Source: Antedon mediterranea
Lineage: Eukaryota; Animalia; Echinodermata
Reading direction: 5' to 3'
Length of the DNA stretch: 64,000 nucleotides
Assembly: GCF_964355755.1 (NCBI RefSeq)
Contig: NC_092670.1
Location: forward strand, 31,980,388 to 32,044,387
Shown in pieces: positions 37,674-51,200 of this stretch. The position numbers were made by a program, and so were the translations under genes. Position 1 is the stretch's first letter. Each line of letters begins with the position of its first letter. The notes beneath the pieces were generated by a model that made no database searches, was not told where the DNA came from, and saw only the letters and a list, made by a program, of their open reading frames with translations.

Positions 37674-37970
37674 CAGTTACGTATTTTCTCGTCACAGCTG
37701 TTCAGCGATCGGAGTGGCCACCTTCTTTACTACGTAGCACAACGTCAAAGTACACGAAAATCGTCACAGCTTACAAACAACAACGACCTTATCGCGATCA
37801 TCTTTCTTGCTAAAATTCTTCCGCCGACGTGGCAGAGTTGATGGAAAGGGCAAAGTTTGCTTGGTTTGCCAACGTCACATGGTACAAATTGAAATGGTGA
37901 CGTCATTTAAATCAACTACCATTGGTTAATCAATATAAAAAAATATTAACCGGAACTACGTCATATTACC
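37674..37970 (-). promoter_or_regulatory. Probable CREB non-coding first exon and promoter with a CRE cluster
   Basis: Consensus donor g|gtaagt at 37674/37673; locally CpG-rich; full CRE TGACGTCA at 37898-37905; half-CREs CGTCA at 37690, 37743, 37762, 37873 and 37959; CCAAT (minus) at 37921-37925; ETS-like ccggaa at 37950-37955. Confidence 0.65.
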
Positions 37971-39245
37971 GATAATTTTCAATAGTAAATTATTTCAATT
38001 TACACCACCAATAATTGTTGATTATTTCTGATAATTATGAAATTAGATTTATTGTCTTTTAATATCACTTCAATTACTTGGCTAAGTATGCAATATCCAA
38101 TGCTAAAATCAAGGAATTAGGTACTTTTCAGATCTATTTAGCTAGTGCACAATGTCTAGTGTAGAGAGTAAATCGCCGAGCTACGTAATCCTGAAATACG
38201 CCCTCTAAATTATTATATAATAGGAAATAAAATAAGAAAAATATTACTGTAAATTGTAATTAAGAATTGTCTTATAATTTCCAAAAATGTTTAACTTTTT
38301 TGCCATTTGGAATAAATTTGTTGCACTTGCTTGTAGTGCACAACAAATGAATGTAATGTTTTTGTAATGTATGGTTGATAAAGTGTAGTCTGAAGGCAAT
38401 GGTAGTCTGAAGGCAATGGTAGTAATATATAGATATTTGTGGCCTTAATTAGCAAGATTCAGATGCTACGGTCACCTTCAGGCTGTTCACTGACAACAAA
38501 CACACATTCAATCTGCATTCAATATTCATTGTCAGACAAATGCAAACAAATAAGACGTATAACAAAGTTGAAATTAGTTAATACTGTATTTAAAACAAAT
38601 TTAGCAAAATAGGCTGATTTAATTTCAAGTTAAAAAATGTAAAACTTTGTTGTCATTCCTGAAGCACCAAACGTTAAAGTTTGTGAGAGCATCTTGGAGG
38701 AAATGTCACTGTTAACTGCACATAAACATTGTCTTGCTCAATATGCTGCCCCACACAAAGGTGAATGCAGTTAAAATATACATCACTGTATTATGCTACC
38801 AGCTGTGTTAACACTGTCAATTAAATGTTCAGTCTATATAGTTTTAAAACTCTCAAACCACACCTTTAGTTGTATTAAAATTTAGAATCTTTTACCAAAA
38901 GGGTGTTGCAATATGGATTGAAAATGCTGACATAACAGAGCTTTTGTTTAAAGCAATAAGGAATAGCCACACAACTATGCGCAAGTCATTCAGCCCACAA
39001 TGGGTGTTCACAGAATGACAATTAGACTCAATAGATGCAGTCACATGGTGCTCTGTGCATGCAATTAGCTCACAGTAAGTACAATTGCCCATAAACTCCC
39101 TAAATTCTTCACAATACATTTTAATAAGAAATCAGACTTTCTTTGTGGGCCAGCCCAAGATGTCTGGTTTTCAGGACTAAACTGTACGCATAATGGATAT
39201 ACAGTACCATAAATAATTCACAATTCTTTCACAGACTAAAGTTAA

Positions 39246-42200
39246 TTATTGGTTGGGTTCTGTTTCGGGTATTTTCCAGTTCAATTTTCGACCCTGTTCA
39301 TAAAGTTCTTTGAGAGTTGATTTCCATAATGTTTTGTCGTTTCCATTGTCGCTGAGTTCAAGGTATTTCTCGTAGAGCATCAACGCAGTACGTGCATCCT
39401 CTATACTGTCATGAGTTTCTGATTGGATGTTCAGCTCTGAAAGAAAAAGTTGAATATATTGGATAACAAAAGTTTTGCAATGCCACTGCCTAGTTCACAC
39501 GCAAAAGCCTACCAAACACCAGTCCTGGTGCTGTCCGTGTAAACATCCTAATTATTTTGTGCGTGTCTAGAATTTCAAATATACGTAGAAAGACTATGAA
39601 TTGAAATTAAATTAGTTGACAGTTGACTTACTTAAAAAGTACCAGGCAAGAAATTTGAGTGAAGCAAGACGTTGCTTAGGCAGACTGAATAATATGGCTG
39701 TGTCCATTATTTGGTTTGATGGTACCTGAAAAACAATATTTTCAAATAATAAATTGATCAGTCCTTCCTTCTTAGCTTAGTTACATCACACTTTCTTGTC
39801 AAACTAGTTTGATAGTGTAAGCCAGAGCTTAAGAAACCCTTTTACCTGCAGGTTGATGACTCTGAAATCTTTTTTTAGTCCATGACCAATGAATATCACT
39901 CCTCTATTAACAAGATACTTAAGTTTCAAGTACGTTGTTTTTAAAGTTGTGATATGTTTTGAAGAAATCATAACATCCAGATCACCTGGCTTGATTCCGG
40001 AAAATTTTGTTAAGTAATCAACAACCTAGTGAACAAAGATTTAACATTTAGTATAAGTCGAACCTCTATTAAGGGACACCTTCAGGACCCAACATAGTTT
40101 CCTTGAATAGGGGTTGGCCATAGTGTTAAAACATATAGTTCCAATTATTTGTTTCATGGGAAAGTGTCCCCTTAATAGATGTGTCCTAAAGAAGAGGTTC
40201 TAATTTGCAAAACAAGAAAATTCGAATTATCTTTTTGAAAACTTATTCTTTCACATCCTCTAAACTTGTCCTGGCATCTGAAAGCTGGTCCTAAAGGGGT
40301 AAAAGTTATCCTGACTAACATAGGTTTAGTAAAACATTTTGATGAAGTTTCTACCTGTTCCTGAGTTGAGATGTAATCATCAATGAACGGTATTCCTTGC
40401 ATCGGTCCAGTGCCTCGTATACATGTTGTCCTAGCAACTGACATTTGGCTTGGCTTAACAGTAGTTCTTGTACCATCACTACGTATCTCAGCCTCTTCCT
40501 TAAAAAATATAAAAAAAATCTTTATTCACATTACTTTCTTTGGTGTCAATATTTTAGACCACAGTAATCCCAATTTTGAAATATAGGGAAACTTTACAAA
40601 AGCATGGCCAAACCGTAAAGGGCACTATTAAACGAAGAAATATTTCTCACAAAAAACGCCCCTTGACGTAATAGTTTTAATTATTGTTCTTTTTTTTAGA
40701 AATAATGATCTATTATCAATTATTTTTGTTCAACAGTAAGTAGTAAACATTCTGTGTAAAGTAAATATAGTCTGGCCTACTGTACAGAACAACTATATAA
40801 TTCTGTGTAAAGTAAATATAGTCTGGCCTGCTGTACAGAACAACTATATAATCTTAAACTAAACTATAGTACTGTACATATTCCAGGTAGGGCTATTTCC
40901 TATAGTTAAAAATGGGTATGGCAGGCAAGCATAAAATATGCATTGTGTGTGCAATACATTTAAACAAAAGTAGCCTAGTAGTAGGGCCTGAAAGGTTAAA
41001 GATGTATTGTCCCCAAAAACATGAAAAATGAAGATTAATAAAATCAGACTTTGAATATGCCATTTTGTAGTTTTAACCAAGTGAATCACTTCTGAAGAAA
41101 AAAAAACCTTGAAAAAATAATTTTTTCACTGATAAATAAAACGGTTAAATTTAACGAAAAACTCATTGGCTGGCAGCCAACTTGACTATTATTTGCTTTA
41201 AATTACAGTTTTTCAGTAAATAATTTTTTTTTTTATGCAATTCTTTGATTTGAAAAAACCCAATTTTTAGGGTGATATTTCTTTAATCAATCAGGATGAT
41301 TTGAATGTATATTAAAAACAATCAAGAGAAACTGCGCCTGCAGCGGAGGACAGGAGATCACTTTTTGAGAAAACCATGTAATTATTTTCTTATTATTACC
41401 TGGTTTAGTGATACAAACTCAGCATCAATAGCAACAGGGAATCCTTCCTCAAATGAAAGTTCATTAGGCTGTAACGGTGTGAATGTCCTATGCTGGTTCT
41501 CAGAGCCTTGAGCCAGTGAAGCCTTAGGTAGTAGTACACTTTCATCTATAGGATTTTGCACTAAAGAATAAAATAATGATATTTTATATATATAGATATT
41601 TAAAAAAAACCATATGAAAAATAAAGCTCTGTTTTAAAATGTGGTTTGTAAATTAATAAAAAGAAATAACAGTATATCTATCTTGTTTGTAAGGATGCCT
41701 AAATTATATATTTCTCAGTGTTGGATCGTCTATTTTGAAATTAATTAATTTCTTGACTTGATCCACCTCACAGTCTTCATATTTCTAAAGGAACATATTT
41801 TAAGCTGTCTACACTATCAAACTTGTTAGAAAAAAAAGTGTAATGTGCCAAAATATGGTAGTAATATGACATCATGTTCATATATGGGCACATCATATAC
41901 TTTTTGTCACATAAAGTTTGATACTGTAGACAGAGCTTACTACCAAACTACGGTATTCAACCAAATATACTTATTTTCAAACTTACTCAAAATTTTTCTA
42001 AGGTTGGCAGACTTTTTAGCAATAATTGGAAAATGTTTCAGGGTAATAAATAGTCGTTCTTACCAGTGGTGTTGTACCGATCAGATAAATCTGTCCGAGT
42101 GAAATACAGAACACAAGGCATCTTCCAGTCCAGATTGAACTGCCTGGCTTCATATCGCTCAATTGGTGTAATAGCAAAATCGTTAAACACATACCAGTTT

Positions 42201-45200
42201 GTATGAGTTACTCCCTAAAAGAATATAAAAAATGGATGTAAATTCCTTATTCTCTGTGCAGCCTTTACTAAAACTCAGTGGCGGATCTAGTGGGGGTCAT
42301 AGGGGGGCGTACGCGCCCTTATTTTGTAAATATTTTTTTATTTTTTTAAAAAATTAAATAGATTTTAAAAACATGTATCGTTTCGACAGTCATCCATCAC
42401 CGATGGTTTGCACATTTTTATAGTGAAAAAATAGTACTACGTCGGAGCACATCGTCAGCTTGTTCGCATTCCACCAAGCATGTACGTCGACATCCTTTGT
42501 GTACTATCAATCTCTAGCGTTACCAACGATCAATCACAGTTCACAAAGTTCATAAAAGCCACGTGGTGAGCTTGGTCGCGTTCCACTAAGAAGGTCGGCA
42601 TCTCTTGTGATCATCACTCCCGTATTGCAGAGTAGCGGTACCTCTGACGATCAATACACAGTCAATGAATAGAGTTGATGAATCACATGGTCAGTGCTAC
42701 TATACTACGCGCCCATGTATTAAGTACAATAAAAACAAAGGGTAGGACTGTATAGTGCCACTGGCCCCCCAGCCAGTGGTGGCGCCAGCGGGGGGGCTAC
42801 GGGGGCTCTAGCCCCCTCGTCGGGGAGCCTAGCCCCCCCGTCGGGGAACACGGGTACTTTTTGTCGGGGAATATATATACAGTAAAAAACGTTCGCGTTC
42901 ACTTCATATAGCTTCAGCGCCTAGAAAACCACGACGTTCCATTGACCGTGAGAGTACGTCAGAGGGCTATTATGCACTTTTATGCATTCATTATTGCCAG
43001 AGATCTAACTACTAAACAATAGCTAGTACGCACTTGTTTGGCGGTATCCCTTTGTACGAATCGTTCACCGTTGGGTCGAGACGCGTGATATCATGTTCCA
43101 TCCAGGGACCAAAATGTGTAATGTAGTTATTTTCCAGGCGAAGTTTACCGACGGTTACCGAAGGGAACACGGGTACTTTTTGTCGGGGAATATAATATAC
43201 AGTAAAAAACGTTCGCGTTCACTTGGTAGCTTCAGCGCCTAGAAAACCGCGACGTCTCATTGACCGTGAGAGTACGTCAGAGTGCTATTATGCAATTTAT
43301 ATGCATTCATTATTGCCAGCGATCTAACTTACTACTAAACATTAGCTAGGTACGCACTTGTCTGGCGGTATCCCTTTGTAAGAATCGTTCAACGTTGGGT
43401 CGAGACGGGTGATATCAAGTTCCATCCAGGGACCAAAATGTGTAATGTAGTTATTTTCCAGGCGAAGTTTACCGACGGTTCGGGTACTTTTTGTCGGGGA
43501 ATATAATATACAGTAAAAAACGTTCGCGTTCACTTGGTAGCTTCAGCGCCTAGAAAACCGCGACGTCTCATTGACCGTGAGAGTACGTCAGAGTGCTATT
43601 ATGCAATTTATATGCATTCATTATTGCCAGCGATCTAACTTACTACTAAACATTAGCTAGGTACGCACTTGTCTGGCGGTATCCCTTTGTAAGAATCGTT
43701 CAACGTTGGGTCGAGACGGGTGATATCAAGTTCCATCCAGGGACCAAAATGTGTAATGTAGTTATTTTCCAGGCGAAGTTTACCGACGGTTCGGGTACTT
43801 TTTGTCGGGGAATATAATTCGTTCGCGTTCACTTCGTAGCTTCAGCGCCTAGAAAACCTCGACGTTTCATTGACCGTGAGAGTACGTCAGAGTGATATTA
43901 TGCACTTTATATGCATTCATTATTGCCAGCAATCTAACTTACTACTAAACAATAGCTATAGGTACGCACTTGTCTGGCGGTATCCCTTTGTACGAATCGT
44001 TCAACGTTGGGTCGTGATATCATGTTCCATCCAGGGACCAAAATGTGTACTGTAGTTATTTTCCAGGCGAAGTTTACCGACGGTTACGTCGTGTACTGTG
44101 TCGACGTACGCTACACTACAGCAAAAACGAATTATGTTAATTGTTCGTATGTTCACCAATTTTTAATTTACAAGTAACCTTCTGTACCGTGGGGCACCTA
44201 AAATAAATATTTCATCCATTACTAAACAAAGAAACATGCCATTTTCGCTTAGCCAACATCTTATTATAGCTAAGTTATTAAATTTTCAATGTCCTGTATG
44301 TCATGAATTTCTCACCACTCGGAAGTCCAGATGGTACGCAGGCATACACTTGGGAGGAATAAACTTATTTCCCCGACTGAAAAGGTCTACGCTTGCGTTT
44401 TTTAAGCCTCTGGGCCTGATGTTTCCAAAGCATAAAATGCAATTTTTTGAAGACCTGCAGCTCTAGTTTTAAACATTTTCTTAGCTCAGCCCCAACAATA
44501 AAGCTGGTCATATTTTGAAGTACAAGAAGTGCATTTTCCGGGACCTAACATCTCTATTTTTCAAACAGTTCTTAGCTCAGTCACAACCATGATAGGGACT
44601 TATATATTTTGTTTCATGTTTTGAAGTATAATAAGTCCAATTTCCAGGACCTCCAACTCTATTTTTCTAAATTTTCTTTGAACTTTTATTTTTTAAATTG
44701 AAAAATATGGATTGAAACAGTCATCGCGCACCGTTTTTTTGCACGCAGTATTTTATTTATGCATTATAAAAAATGGAAAAAAATGGCTACCCTAAATCTG
44801 ATTAAAATGACCTCAAATGACGCTAGAACGCGTTGCTTCCGGGGGCTTCGCCCCCTGGACCCCCACCGGGGGCCCCTTGGCGGCCCCTGGCCCCCAGCCT
44901 TGTGATGCTCGCATAGCCCCCTCGTTGGGGAATGTAGCCCCCGCGTCGGGAAGATCCTGGCGCCACCCCTGCCCCCAGCCAATGTTTGCTCGCTTCGCTC
45001 GCAAAGCTACACCCCCCTAATTCAATATCCTAGATCCGCCCCTGCAACTGGATAACCCTGTGTCTGACTGAAATGTCTAAAGTATGTTTTCAGGCGCAGA
45101 TAAATGCAGGGCTAAACTGGCTTTAGCCCCCACTAACATTTAACAGCCATGTCTTTTAAAAATAAAATAGTGACTATTTTTTTATCTTTCTGCAACCTGA

Positions 45201-48200
45201 CGGTTCATTTTATCATTTATGAAATTTTTATCCTCCCACCCCACTAATAATATTGGATCCGCCCCTGGTTTTTTAAGAAGTTTAGGGAGAAAGGTATATC
45301 AACTTTCGTGATTATTCGTTTGTTGAATTTTTTTATTCTCTTCTCAATATATCATTTTTGTACAGTACCTCTTTTCGTTTATGGTACATCTTCCCAACGT
45401 TGATGTGGGCCACAAGGTTTCCACCAGATCTCAAATCACGAATGTGTGCTAGTGATGTGTGTAGAAGGTACTTCTGAAAGCCATCATCACTGGATTTGAA
45501 AAGCTCCTCCTAAAAACAAAAATAGAATAAAACATAGCATTTGAAAAGCAAATTGAAATTTAAATGAAATATTCTATTATGAAATAAAATAAGTATATGT
45601 CTGTGTATGCCTCTCAAGAAGACATTTGCCAGCTTTTTTACCAGGATGATACATGAAGGACGAAGGGTAAATCGACCAAATACAATTCAGATAACAGAAC
45701 GGTGTACATTCCCGAAATGGAAGCTAGCTATTATCAGGAATTCATTTGTTTGATTTGAAATGACAATAAGAAAGTAAGGTTGAATATTCTGTAAATCCTA
45801 GCAAATTTTTCATGGACTGTATTCCGTTTTTCTCTCACCTCTTTATCGATGTCATGTATTTCTAAGGTTCCTTCCTCTGATAACCGCATCTTAATTCCAC
45901 ATGGCACCCATGAAGAGGTATTGATCTTAATTCTGGAATAATCAAAATATAAGAAAATAGCTCACAGGGTCAGAAGGTCTTATCTATTCCTCGCATGTAC
46001 TATGTTGCATGTCCCCTTGGGAAATGATATTATTCTCTCAAGAATCATATTTCACCCAGCTGGCGCTTCGGGAAATATATATTCCCTTGAGAAAAATATC
46101 ATTCCCTCGGGGATGTCAAATCTAATATTTTACCTTTAAGCAGGCAATATCTGTATAATACTGCTATTATGTTTTTTGACATTTAATAAATAAATTTAAA
46201 AAAATCTCTGTTTATTGTTTTCTAAAAAGTATAATAAATGATGGATAAATCATGTAAAATATAAAGCTCGCTGTCTACACTACCACACTTTGTGTGACAA
46301 AAAAATGTGATGTGCCTATATATGGAAACGATGACATCATATCACTACCATATTTGGGCACATCACACATTTATTGTCAAACTAGTTTGATAGTGTAGAC
46401 AGAGTATACACTAACACATTAATTGATTCCTCATCTTCAGAATGCCTGAACTTGCAATCTTTTCTTGTGCAAGCTTTCCCGTATCTACACATCTTGGTTG
46501 TTGGCACTATCGTATCCGCAACCTCGTCTCCATTTTGTTTGGCAATCTGGATGGAAGTGAGAAAATAATGACGAATAAAATAATATTATAACAATGGTCA
46601 GTTATTTATAGGCCCATACACGTAGTGTGACTACTGCAGATGACAGTGAGGTGTTTGAGAGTGACCAATTGATATATATATATATTCAATAACATTAATA
46701 TGTGTATCCTGCTCCTTTGTTTGGTCACCTAGGTAGGGGTCCGGGACCGCGACAGAACGACAACGGATGGGGACCCTCCAAAGAAATTGCATTTTATTTG
46801 TCAGGAATTTGTATGATTTATTTCTTTTTATTTTTAAATGCGCCTTGAGCACTCTGGAGTGGTATGTGCGCTATAAAAATCTTATTATTATTATTATTAT
46901 TAATATTAAAGACAGATTCAGAAAGATAAATAATTAGATTGTATAAAATAGGCTCCCAGGTTTCTGGTTCTTTAATTAAAAATTGTCAAATTAAAGCAAA
47001 TTAGAAATAAGTTAGGTAGACATACATTTCAAATTATGTAAGGTAATGTTTTTTTAATATAAAATTCAGAGTTTGTAGAATAAGAGCTTAATACAGGAGT
47101 ATGTCTCAATAAATTTCTTTTATTTCTTTGCTTTTTATTCATTTACTGCACACAAAAAAAATTATAATAATAATTGTTATATACAGTACCTCTTCTTGTG
47201 TTTTCCAGAACTGCATGTCACTGTTGGTTTCCAGTTGACAATTAATAGCTATCACGTCAGGAAGACGTTTTATTGTACGAGTCTGCACCTGTGTTAAAAT
47301 ATTTAAAATATGATTGAAGCTTCTATGTTTATAAATTAAGATAACATTGTCTATTAAAAAAAAACCCGAGAGTACTTACTCAAACATTTCGATCTTTATC
47401 AGAGATCTCTTACTAACTGACTATTCAACATTATAAGCCTGGACTGTTCCATTTATTTTACAGGGGTAGCTACTATAATAAAAGTTTGCACACTTACTGT
47501 TGGTTGATATTTCTTGCACTCTTTACACCAGGCTTGAGTCATCTGCTCCAATGATAAACTTCTTTGTAAAACTGAAGCAAAGCTAAATACTTTTGGAGGT
47601 TGATTAGCACCTATTCAAATAAAAGATCAAATAATAATAACTTTAGATATAAACATACTTGGAACCTATCAAAAGGCCACTGATATAATCAAGCAAGGGC
47701 TAGGCTACAGATCCTTAACCACTCAGGCAAGTTAAGTGCATGAGCGGTTAAGGCAGGGGTACTGAAAAATACAAAAAAAAGGCTTGAGGCTCTCCTTATC
47801 TTTGGATAATAGAGGTACGGTGTACACATATTGCTCATTTAGATTTTTGGAGACTAGGGTGTCTTTTGTGAAGAGAAGCGTGTTACAGCTGTTAAGGTCC
47901 AGCTCTTTCTATCTAAGTCCATCTGCAACCAATCCCAGTATAGCTTCATTTGAGCTGCAAAAGGGTTATCAAGACCGAAGTTAGTGTTGAGCTAATTTCC
48001 TGCCTGCCTTCACTATTTAGGAATTTATTTTTCACAGTTTCTTTCTTTCTCATAATGGCAACATTTAGTCATAGAAAACATAGATCTAAAATTCAGTACA
48101 ACAGGCAAGCATTTTCCTTCACGATTGCTTACGAAAGGATATCAAACAAATGCAGTTAATTGAACCTGAAATGGTAAAGGAAAAATACAGAAAAATAAAA

Positions 48201-51200
48201 TTGTCTAACTAACCAGTTGGATTCATGTCTGGGTATGTAAGTGTTACAAGCATGGTTGACGTAAACCGCTTCGTTTCTGTACTGCACTTGCATCGGTTGA
48301 CAATATCCATTTCCGACTCAAACAACCTTTGAACTGTCGATGGAGTTACAACGACCTCTTCTGAACTTTCTTCAACCTCTGAATTTGAGGACCCTTCCTT
48401 AATTTCTTGTGTATCCTATATCAAAATAAAACAATGTTTTAATATAAATTTTTTTAAATAATAGTTTATATAATTTCAAGTTTATAGACTAATGTAACCT
48501 GAAATGAAAAGGGTCAGAGACTAAAAACAGCGTACCTGCATTAATTGTGGTAAAACAAACCGGTTCCAACTTTGAATTAACCGTGGCAGGTTCGTCCTTC
48601 CCGCTGCTTCCTCTGCATCACCGATTATCAAACCTAGAGCTGAGGCTTCTGGGATTGTACGGAAGGCACGCAGGAAATTACTAGCCTATTAAACAAAAAC
48701 AGATTATTATTTTTTAATAGGTTTACAATGGGCAAAATAATTTAACTGGTGAAAGTTAAAAACAAAATAAAAATAAAAGTGTATAGTATGTTATAAAGAC
48801 CATCAGTAAAGTCAATGGATACTTTGTATTCGTCAATGACAGCCATGTGTCTTGAGTAGAAGACGGCTACAAGACCAGTGACAGTATATAATGGATATTT
48901 GACCCAAAATGGAAAGAAAGGAACATGCATAGCCACTCATATACCCCTTTCACACCAAAAGCAAAACTCCGGAGACACTCCGGAGTTGACGTCCCGCTGT
49001 TTGGTGTGAAAGGCAAATTCAAGCAACTCCGGAGTTTAAAACTGCGGGGTTGAACAGCTGAACATTCTCCGGAGAGCGAACTGCGGGGACACCCCAGTGT
49101 TTTGGTGTGAAAGGTACCAACATCAAACTCCGGAGTGTTTCGGGTCAAAAGGTCATCCTCACACGATCACTCATTGCTTTAGTTTTATTTCAAAATACTT
49201 TAAATATTTGTACAACATATATAGCGGGTTCAAAAATAATAAGTAGTATCAATAAAACATTATATTACTTCTGAGACTTTTGAAAGTAATTATTAAATTA
49301 AACATATTATTAATTAAAATGATTCTAATGATCGTCGCTATGTAAACAAACAAAATAGAGGGCGACATTTACAATTTTATTTTATAAACCCCGGAGTTGC
49401 TAGGTTGGTGTGAAAGGGGTATCTCCGGAGTTTCTCGACGTTTTGAATGGTCATAAACCCCGGGGTGTCTCCGGAGACACTCCGGAGTTTTGGTGTGAAA
49501 GGGGTAATAGAGTAAGTTCTAGGCAAAACTACAATGTATTCTCTAAAGCTCTGTCTACACTATCAAACTTTATGTGATGATGTCACATCAGTACAATATT
49601 TGGGCATAGTACTACTATATTTGGGCACATCACACATTTTTTTCAAACTACTTTGATAGTGTAGACAGAGCTTTATAACAGTATAAGCACAGCAAAGGAG
49701 TAAATATTATTTTAACACTGTGCACTTTTACTTCCCAAGTTAGGGTAGGACGGGGTACAATTAAAGTGAACACCCTCCACTGTACCTGACATGTTTTGCC
49801 TTTAGTCTGGTCCAACATATGAAACAAGAAGCCCAGCTCACAAGCAAGACAGAACTCCTTGGAACAGATATGGCTTTCCATTGCACAGCGTAGTGGCTCT
49901 ATGAAATATAACACCTGAATAACAAAAATATAAAATATTTGGTTAATATTCTTCTGATGTGATCTTAAGCTCTGTCTACACTATCAAACTAGTTTGACAT
50001 AAAAAGTGTGTGCCCAAATTTAGTAGTGATATACCCAAATATGGTAGCGATATGACATCATCATGTCCATATATGGGCAAATACCATCTTGTTTGTCACA
50101 TAAAGTTTGATAGTGTAGACAGAGTTTAAGCTTAAAGACACCTTCCCTACGTTTTTAGATCTAATTTAAGATCACAAACTATATTTAATGTAAAAATAAT
50201 ACTATATGGTCCTATTGCGATAACTTTTTTCGTCTTTAAATGGTTAAAAATGTGAAAAATAAGTCGATTCTAATAATTATAGCGGCCCGCCATAAATCCC
50301 AAAATGCATTGCGCGCAGATTGTTATTTTTGTTTTTCTTCTGTAATTCACCCACGTTCTGATCGATCGTGAGACCAAAACAAATGGAAGACTCCAAACTT
50401 TTCAGCGAAAATACCAGGTTTTCCCCAATTTGTATCAACGGAGTCTGACAAAAATAGAAAGACAATTAATGCAGCAACTATACAACATCAGGCTAGGTAT
50501 ATAGCTAGCGTACAATGTTCGTACGTTACCGATGTTTACCAGCTAGGCCTACAAAACTAAGCCTAGCTAGGCTAGGCCTAAAGACCGTCCAAGAGAGGTC
50601 ACTCGCCGCGAGCTACTTAGGTAGTGCATTGTTTCTCAATTTTTATCATAATTTACAATAAAACGTACATTTAGGACAAGGAATGACCTGGTTTAATGTT
50701 TTAAAAGTAATATATATGTATTATTTTTAAAAAATGTCACAAATTGTAGGGAAGGTGTCTTTTTTAATGAATTCTTGTTTTGCCTTGCAAAAATGGAAAA
50801 CAATTGAGAACAATGGTGAACAATGAGGATTTCACTAAAAATTGTAAACAATCGATGTGTTTGAATGCTGTAAACTTGAAAAAGTAATGAGTAAAAACAA
50901 CAAACAGCATTAGGAAAATGTTTACAATGCCTCTACAATCATTGTTGCCTAACACATTTCATAAAAAGAGCCCATTGCTTTTAAACTACTACGTATGGAG
51001 ACAACATGCTGTTGGGCACAAGCCCAAAATCTAACATCTTGCACACACTAGGCCTATCCTAAACCAATTTTCTGCTTCTCAAAATGCAATTTTTTGCATT
51101 TGCTATTTCCTTTTATTATGTATGTCTCTTTACTTTTGAACAAAAATAATATTATTATTACTTACTAAAGAATTCTAAAGGTAGTTTTTAATTCTCACCT

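Noticed and set aside
42720-45020. Short ORFs in the GC-rich hAT-like elements (also 5895-7753)
   Set aside because: They arise from GC-rich termini and internal tandem units; no transposase motifs.
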